A stretch of 64,000 bases of DNA from Octopus vulgaris (lineage: Eukaryota): NCBI GenBank assembly GCA_951406725.2, contig OX597822.1, forward strand, positions 108,500,001 through 108,564,000. Reading direction: 5' to 3'. The position numbers and the translations under genes are program-made. The notes under the pieces were generated by a model that made no database searches, had not been told where the DNA came from, and saw nothing but the letters and a program-made list of their open reading frames with translations. Below are positions 55,230 to 64,000 of this stretch, piece by piece (the stretch's first letter is position 1; every line of letters begins with the position of its first letter).

Positions 55230-55720
55230 CAGTCATTGCGATCTCCCAGTTCACTGTTTTAGGTACATCCAGTCTGACATACTGTTTGTCTTTATATTGT
55301 TGAGTGTCAGAATTCTCACTTTCACTGTAATCACTCAGTTACATCAGCGTTTGTGACAATTTCGTCGAGGACCCCAATGTGGGTATTTGATGAATATTCT
55401 ACTTCCACATTGAGGGGATGTTTTGTTTTATTATTGTCTTTATTTGTATGGCTATTGGACCGAACATACAATTGAATATCGTGGATATCTTGGTCAGTCA
55501 ACCAAGTTTTCTTGATGGAGTTCCTGCGAACATTAGATAATTTATTACCATCTCTGCTTAGTTTATTGGTAGGGATTTTCCTCCTCCAGTTTCTATGTTC
55601 CGTATCCAATCTCCAAGTTGGAAAATACACTGCAGCATAATATTCCGCCACAAAGTTCTTATTTTTCTTCTCTAGTCCATTTTTGTCTTGTTTTAGTTGT
55701 AACAGACGAAGATGGTTTGC
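55230..55720 (-). pseudogene. R4/Dong-type ORF N-terminal fragment
   Basis: RQKWTREE..YYAA..WRRKIP..DGNKLSNVRRNSIKKTWLTDQDIHDI, typical R4/Dong N-terminal motif. Confidence 0.65.
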
Positions 55721-56079
55721 AGGATTGCCAAGGTTTGAGCTATCCTCTTAATAAAAGCCAACGTGTCCATGTTTTGAGAGGGTTTCAAAGCTTCTGCAGA
55801 TTTATTGACTCCAGATTAAATGACAATGGAAAACTCAAAATGCCTTCCTTCCGAGTGTCCATTTGTCCGGTGTGTGTATTTCGTAATGCATTATGCATAT
55901 TCGAATAATCGCAAGAAATGGATACTCACAGAAATTGAAAGATTTTCAGAATTTTCAAAAACAAGGGCGATACTGGTCTCCAATGTTGAAACGAACGTGG
56001 AACAGAATGTTAGTAATAGCTGGAGCGTACGCATCAGATAAACACACGCACACACGCGCGCGCACACTCACACATATGA

Positions 56080-58960
56080 GGAACGTAATAAGGAGTAAAG
56101 CGAAAATGCACATTGGATATAAAATAAAGCCCTTTTTAATAAAAAGTAACGACAAATATATACAATTAGGTGTACTGAGGTAGAATTAAGAGGAATAAAA
56201 TTCATTATTTTGAATTGTTAAAGAAATTGGAAGTCATACCGGTATCGTCAGCTGCTTTTCACTGGCTTTGAATGCGCTCCGATTATCAAACAGTGTTGGC
56301 TATGAGTAAAAAGACTGTGAAAGTTATGTAAGTAGTTTTGGATGTTGTGCAATTACGGTAGATATAATACCGTAATATGAATGGTGTAGTATTCTGTATT
56401 ATGTTATGTGTTCATGTTAAGTTGTGGATGAAATTTATTGATGAAAGCTGCCGCTTTATTCATTCTTTGCTGTACTGAGGTGTTCTGTGAACATTGATAC
56501 AAGGGGAAATTTAGGAAGTTAGAATTAAAGTTCCTAGCACACCTATCTATGTGTTCACAGACCTGTATCTCTCTGTATTGTGGGTGGCGGATTTATTCTT
56601 TGTGAAGATTGGTTCTTCGACGAAGTAATATTCCTGTTTGACCAGCATATTGATTACTGCACGCTAAGCTGGTAATGGCATAGATTAGGTTTCCGAGGCA
56701 CATGTGAAATTTAATTCAAACTTAAGTATTTCACATTGCTTAAAGTGGAACACTGTTCCCTCCAGAAGTGGGGGGCATGTGCCACAGTTAGGCCGGCTGC
56801 ATTTTTTCACCTTTTGTTCCGTTGTTACTGGATATAGTCTTGCGTTGGTTAATACTTTTTCAATGATTCTGGTTTCATCTTGCTCTTGTGTGAGCCTAAA
56901 AGTTTGTTCATTGCTTTATCTGTTGTGAGAATGGGTAGATTTTGGATGATAATGTCGAAGGCCTCATTATTTCTACAGCTATGTGTGGAGATGTATAGGA
57001 GTATTTTTTAAGTCTGGTGTAGTATTTCGGTTGACCCTTAATGTTCGTATGATTGTTTCCTGTGCTCGTTGAATCTCATCATTTATTAATGATGTTGGGT
57101 AGTGTCTCTTGATTAGTATTTATCTGAGTTCAAGAAGTCTTCGTTGACGAGTATTGGTGCCCGAAGCTATGATACAGATTCTTTTCGATAGATTATAAGG
57201 TATATTATTTTTTATGTGTTTGGTGTGGCATGATTTGAATAATAGGTATTGTTTTGAATCTGTGAGTTTATAGAAGATGCCTCCTTCGATATGGCTATTG
57301 ACTATTTTGATTAGGATGTCAAGAAAAGGAGCTATTTATTGTTGTATTCCATGGTGAATCGCATGCTGCTTTTGATATATTACTCAGCATAACTTCGAAA
57401 TCGAGGTGCATGTCCGTGCTATCTTTTGAAAGTAGAAAGCAATCATCTGAATACCTCTCCCAGTTCTCCTTTAAATATCAATGAAATGAGGTGCCATATT
57501 TTTATCGTGATGATTGGTATATTTTAAGTTCTAGTTAACCGATTACAAGGTTCGCAATCACTGGGAAAGCTCGGGTTCCCTTTGCAATTCTACATTTTTG
57601 TCGATAGTAAACTGTATTGAACATGAAATAGTTGTTCAGTAGGATGAATTTGAGTGCTACGATTATGAATCTGTGGTTGATGCGTCCTGGGATCCCTTCT
57701 TGTTATTTTCCTAGCCAGAGGGTGATTGCTTCTATACCATATTCTTGTGGAATATTGGTGTACAAGTTCACCACATTGAATGATACTAACATGGTTTCTT
57801 CATTTATTGTCTTCGGGAAGTGGTTAAGCATGTCTAAGCCATCCCTGAGGATGATTTTCTCATATTTTAGAAATGGTTTGAGTAGCATATCGAGGGAAGT
57901 GCTCAAACAGTGGGTTTCACAAGAAGGACCAACAATGAGAGGTCTTAGTTTGAGGTCAGTGGGAAGAAACATTAATGCATAGGCATGGAGAATCTTTGCA
58001 AGCTTTACAAATATGTGGATTTTTGTGAACTTTAGGTAATCCGTAGAATAGTCTTGAACCTATATTTAAAATTGGATAAATAGTCAATTTCGTTTTTAGT
58101 GAAACCCTTTCCATATATTTGAAATATGGAGGATTATTTTTCAAGAGTCGTCTGTGGGTTGTATTGTACTATTTTCTCATAGTAAATATTGTCTTCCAAC
58201 ATGTAGAGTATTAAAGTTTTATAGTACTCTGTGTCCATCAACACTACCGCACTTCCTTTATCGGCTTCTTCAATGCTTATATCATTCTTATATCATTTTT
58301 AACCCTGATTAGGTTTTTCCATTCATTTCTGTTAAGGTTGGATTGAATTCCTTGATAATGTGTACACAAAAATCATCAAGTGCTTTATTTCTGCATTTTG
58401 TAGGGCAGTATTCGCTTTTGATTTTTACTATTGTCATCTTCGCTGGTGTAGTTCTGAAGTGCCTTTGTGATGCGTAATTTTTAGCAAAAATCCATAGTGT
58501 TATCCTTAAATTAATTCGGGTTCAATCAGCGAGCGGTTGGTGTAAACTTTAAACCACTTGCTAGAATTTTAGTTTGTGTAGTACTTATGATTTTCTTCGG
58601 TAAGTTGATTATTTTATGTTGTTCTAGTACATTTTGTTCCATTCCATATCTCTGTTTCTCTGATTTAGGCTTAAAAAATGGTTGTAGTCGGTGTATTGTT
58701 GTAGTAGCTCTGTATTGTACTTAGTTTGCTGAGGAGAAAATGGGTGTAAAGTGTGTCTGTAGAAATATGTTTATAGTGGAGTGACTGTGTAGCGGACTAG
58801 ATCATTGTTGTACTAAGGGTTGTTATATTGTCTATGGTTGTTGTGGTTTGGGTTAAATTTAATCTTTAATATTGTTATGTGGGTGGAGGGAGAAGCTACG
58901 TTGTCTAGTTAGGTTGTGTCTTGTTGAATGTTTGAAGTTTCCATGTTGAGGCTTAAGACG
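56080..58960 (-). mobile_element. Near full-length decayed Penelope-like element (RT plus C-terminal GIY-YIG, Neptune-like Cys linker)
   Basis: EADKGSAVVLMD, FYGLPKVHK, LKLRPLIVGP, LVSFNVVNLYTNIP, WERYSDDCF, CSRPNCGTCP, LIYAITSLACSNQYAGQTGILLRRR, ..FINKFHPQLN* (stop 56404); degenerate hammerhead TTGATAA..GATA-CCGG-TA at 56233-56292. Confidence 0.9.
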
Positions 58961-59115
58961 AATAACGAATTACTCAAATAAAAAAGCACGTATATCCATT
59001 CTACATAAGCATATGTATTCACAAACGAACGCTTGATATAAAATAATACATATATGGTTTGAGAACAAGAAGATAAACAAAGGTTAATAGATAGGGATAG
59101 AGTAAGAGAGAGTGC

Positions 59116-59176
<61 letters not shown>

Positions 59177-59726
59177 TGAAATGAGGTGACGGAGATTGAG
59201 AATGTCTGAAAGTGAGGGATAGCAAGATACAAACTCTTTCAGAAAGGGAAAGAAAAATAATGAAACTTCCTTATATGTAAAGATACATATTTTCGAAATT
59301 TTCCTTTTATTCTTAGTAATTTGCAACCATTATTATATATATATATATATTCATAAACTCTACATTTAATTATACACAATAAATAAATGCTTTTTTATAC
59401 ACGAGTATGTCTATATGCACTGATTGGCTACTTCAAAATGTGTCACAATTGCCTTTTGTTATTTTTTTTACTCTGCCAATTAAGTTCCAAGTTTAACTAT
59501 ATGAAATATTCAGATGCATAGACGCAATATTTAAAGATATTGTCTCAATGTATAATTAATATAAACAAATTTTAAAATCGTACTTCCGTCTGAAGGATGA
59601 TTATACAGTTAGTGAGAAAAATAAGGTCCTATGTGAACCATTCAGTTGATGGTAACATGTGTGTATGTATGTGAGCGCATCTCGGCATATTATGTTATAT
59701 TATTTCTCTCTCTCTCGCTAGCTACC

Positions 59727-59784
<58 letters not shown>

Positions 59785-60859
59785 GAACGCTTACATATTT
59801 CTTTCACACACTGTATGAAGAATTCGTAGTATCGAACAGAATTATCGTACCGAATCAGTTATACGCATTGTATATTGGTTAATAATGTGGAAAGAAAAAT
59901 TAGAGACAAAAACATCGACGATGTTATATGAGAAAATTACCAAAACTAGGGAGTTGAAGAGAGAGAGAAAATGTAGCGGTAAATATTTAAATAGAACACC
60001 ATGAATAGAAAACCAAAAAAGCGTACTTTAGCAAAAAAACAACTACAAGAATTATAGTTATATGCAGTTATATTTTAGATTGTAGGTTGTAGATTAGTAA
60101 AATAAGTAACATATAATTTCTTTTACTTCAGAATGCAAGAATGAGATTTTATATTTCCTAAATTACAAGGGAAATGTGTGAATTTTTCGTGACAAGTTGT
60201 CAATTAAAATACCCCACTGAAAGTTTTAATTTCAGTAGTAGATGCAAATACAAAATTTTGTTGTTTCATGTAACATTATTTGCAATAATTTAAAATAAAT
60301 GAAATTTTTAATCTCATTGTTGTTCCAAATGTTAGTGGTAAAATAGAAGAAAAACACAAAGAAGTTCATGATACACTAAATAATATTGATTTTTTTTTAA
60401 CGTGTAGCCTTCCGTCGATGTGAAGAAGAACAGGTAAGATTAGACATCTACATTTAAGCTCTTTGCATACATACATATATACATACATACATATATATAC
60501 ATACATACACATATACATACATGCATAAGACATACGTATATATTTGTGTGTGTGTGTGTGTATGTAGGTGTGTGTGTAAATTTCTATACGGGAGAAATTT
60601 TGAATATGCAAATAAAGTTTCTATTCAATTATGCCACCAGCATTCAAATGATGGTCTTTCGTGAACCAAATTTTTGGTGTTGCTTCGAGCTGTAGCGATG
60701 TACTGTAGAAAAAATATAATAATAATTCCTTGGACAGAATTTATAAGCATTTGATGCATCACTAGATCACATGTCTCTTAGATCCGAGCCCGTATCCCTA
60801 AAATGCTACAACCTTACCACTATGCCATGCGCCGTAACAAAAACATATATAATATATAT

Positions 60860-60900
<41 letters not shown>

Positions 60901-60917
60901 CATGCATACATATATAT

Positions 60918-60970
<53 letters not shown>

Positions 60971-61211
60971 CAATAATTCATAAATCTGAAAAAGAATCAC
61001 ATCAAATATTAAAGCAGTAATATATCTTTTAAGTCATAGTGTTTCACCTATAAAGTGCTTTTCAGAGTAGGACACTCGTCAAGATCAAATAACCGAAGGT
61101 GTATAGCCTCTCTACAGAAGTAGAGAGTTTGTGCGAACCAAATGACCACTCTATGACAACCCTTAGCCTTTAACGTGCTCCTATAAATACATACAAACAC
61201 ACACACATACA

Positions 61212-61247
<36 letters not shown>

Positions 61248-61388
61248 CAAAGCAATTAAGATTCAAGTAAATTCCAATGAATTCACTTTATGGTGTTATC
61301 TATATATGGTGTTATCTATATATGGTGTTATCCATACAGTAATGTGGGGTGATTATAAACGAGAAAGAAGCAACAAGAATGGATTAGT

Positions 61389-61479
61389 TTTTAGTACAAT
61401 TGTTTCATACAAAGACAGGCTTTATTACAAGTTGCACAAATTGCAGCAGATAAAAGTGTCCCGTACTCATCAGCTAAAA
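61389..61479 (-). ncRNA. Type-I hammerhead ribozyme (minus-strand mirror)
   Basis: Reverse complement of 61782-61872 with all core nucleotides intact. Confidence 0.83.
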
Positions 61480-61781
61480 TACATTTGAGTTCTCTAGACA
61501 TCTTAGTGGGTGAGGTTATACTCATGAAATATTGGAGATAGTTCCATTAGAGGCAGATATAGGTTGTAAACAGTTTTTCAAAGTTCCTTAATGATGATGC
61601 ACAGTCTTATCACAGATTTTTAAAAACTAATAAGTTTTTAAAAATCTGTGATAAGACTGTGCATCATCATTAAGGAACTTTGGAAAATTGTTTACAACCT
61701 ATATCTGCCTCTAATGGAACTATCTCCAATATTTCATGAGTATAACCTCACCCACTAAGATGTCTAGAGAACTCAAATGTA

Positions 61782-61872
61782 TTTTAGCTGATGAGTACGG
61801 GACAATTTTATCTGCTGCAATTTTTGCAACTTGTAATAAAGCCTGTCTTTGTATGAAACAATTGTACTAAAA
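61782..61872 (+). ncRNA. Type-I hammerhead ribozyme
   Basis: TTTTAG-CTGATGA-GTACGGGACA..TGTCTTTGTAT-GAAA-CAATTG-TA-CTAAAA; GUA at 61864-61866. Confidence 0.85.
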
Positions 61873-61900
61873 ACTAATCCATTCTTGTTGCTTCTTTCTC

Positions 61901-61953
<53 letters not shown>

Positions 61954-62217
61954 TATATATCTTTTGGGATGTGGTTTGCAAGAATCTTGTGTTGAGGCAT
62001 ATTTTCTTGTGTCTCAGGTGAGTAATTCTGTTTTAATGCCTTATTAATTAACACACTCACCGGTTCAATTTCCAGTCATTTACCTATTTGTCTTTTTTTC
62101 TATCACTTTCATTGTTTCTTGTAGCATTTTCAGTAATCGTTGAATTTATATATGCATAACCCCACCATATATGTATAGGTATATACACACACGCGCGCGC
62201 ATATATATGTATGTATG

Positions 62218-62282
<65 letters not shown>

Positions 62283-63139
62283 GTGATTGGGACTGTTTTT
62301 TAATGAATTTTCGGGAATCACTTGAGTGTAAGATTTTTTTAATAATTGCGTGTGTGTTCACCCAGGTAAAATTTGTTTCCGTTTGATTTCTGATATATTT
62401 GCATGTTTCACATCATGTCAGCGATGTAGGCAATTCTCACTCACTGTACAGTGACCTATCAATTCATTCTTTATACGCTCTGTAAGTTTCTGACGTGGAT
62501 TTCTGCTCAGAATATCTATTCGCTATCAGAAAATATCTCGAATATCTCACGGAAAGCGTATTGAGTTTACAATACCTGAGATCTACCACTGTATGGCAGC
62601 AATTTTAGAAACTCCACGGCGTTTAAACCTCGTTGAGGCTACCTCGGATCGATGATAATCCCCATGGCACAGGCTCTCCTATATTGGAATCAACAAGAAC
62701 ATTATTTACTGATGTGCAGGACAGGGCGCTTTTTCGTTAAGTATCCTATTTGGCATATTCGAACGTGAATATCTGATTGATGCTGTTATTCGCTACCGGA
62801 GTACATATATTAAGCGGCTATGCTGTATGTGTTCATGTACCGACACGTATTAAGAACGAATAGACACATTATTGTAAGGGTATCCGCATTCCTCATTGCT
62901 TCCTTCTAATTATCACCACACAATTATTTTCTGTTAGCAATTTAATTCACATAATCAACTTCTGTAATCTTGTAGCATCAATGTGTCATTTGAGTGATTA
63001 CGTATAAATTGATTTCTTGTGATGTTCAAATAATCATTATAGAAATATATAATTAGGGAAAACAATGTGTCATTACAAAATTATATCTTGCACTCTTAAT
63101 GTCAACATCTACTGTTCTCTCTGTTTATTTCATTCTGTA

Positions 63140-63186
<47 letters not shown>

Positions 63187-63192
63187 CATAAG

Positions 63193-63245
<53 letters not shown>

Positions 63246-63247
63246 CT

Positions 63248-63344
<97 letters not shown>

Positions 63345-63346
63345 AG

Positions 63347-63407
<61 letters not shown>

Positions 63408-63840
63408 GTATGTAGATAGATAGATAGATAGATATGCAGTGAGAGATTGACTGGGAAGAATTAAGAGACAGAGAAAGTAAATGAGGGAGAGAGAGAAAGT
63501 GAAAGAAAGTGCGAGAGTAGTAGTAATCGAAATAAACACAGGCGTCGTATGAATATATTTATATGTAGCCCCAAAAATACAGAATAGAATATAATTTCTT
63601 CATATTTTCTTAATATTTTATCCTGTATATTTTTTGTCGCTCTTATATAAAAGTTTATAACAATCCTAACTCTGCTATCTCGATTACAACCTCCATATCG
63701 GCTCTATTTGGTTATCTCTTATAGCTCTTCTTATCGATGCGGTATTTGCCCGGAGGAAGATTTCGGAGTTTCATTATAAAAGCATTTTGTGCCCTACTTC
63801 CTTTGCGTTTTCTCTCCCTCTCCCTCTCTCTCCACACACA

Positions 63841-63878
<38 letters not shown>

Positions 63879-63943
63879 GGATACATGAACTGTGCAGAAT
63901 GCTGGAAACAATAGTTTTAAACTTGATCGTATAAAAACCTACT

Positions 63944-64000
63944 GACTTCAAATTCTGCTGAGGTCGACTTTGCCTTTCATCTTCTCCGCGTTGATAAAAT
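63944..64000 (+). mobile_element. SINE family A fragment at window edge
   Basis: ttcaaattctgctgaggtcgactttgcctttcatc. Confidence 0.75.

Larger units (their letters stand above)
61246..61902 (-). mobile_element. Fold-back hammerhead element (H1-related): 544-bp palindrome 61359-61902 plus extension, in (TA)n
   Basis: Arms of ~270 bp mirror around 61630/61631 with only a handful of mismatches. Confidence 0.93.

Overview
AT-rich, microsatellite-dense animal (eukaryotic) DNA with no intact protein-coding gene; almost all of the supplied ORFs are (TA)n/(CA)n/triplet artefacts. The SINE repertoire looks like octopus (recognition from memory, not a database search). The window contains about 25 copies of four tRNA-headed SINE families, three non-autonomous Helitrons, mariner relics, CR1/L2-, RTE- and R4/Dong-type LINE fragments, and several decayed Penelope-like elements (PLE; RT and GIY-YIG remnants). 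The main signal is a set of about 12 short non-coding elements (150-650 bp) in at least 6 sequence families. Most sit inside (TA)n or mixed TA/CA tracts and carry type-I hammerhead ribozyme motifs (C[U/C]GANGA - helix II - GAAA - often palindromic helix III - GUA/GUC) with compensatory covariation between copies. Many are fold-back palindromes, including a 544-bp near-perfect one that encodes an intact hammerhead on both strands. The best reading is TA-microsatellite-targeted, ribozyme-bearing mini-retroelements derived from Penelope pseudo-LTRs. Other observations: a LINE-SINE shared 3' stem-loop, a 2.7-kb element with ~450-bp inverted repeats, and a cluster of short perfect hairpins followed by a 19-bp tandem repeat.
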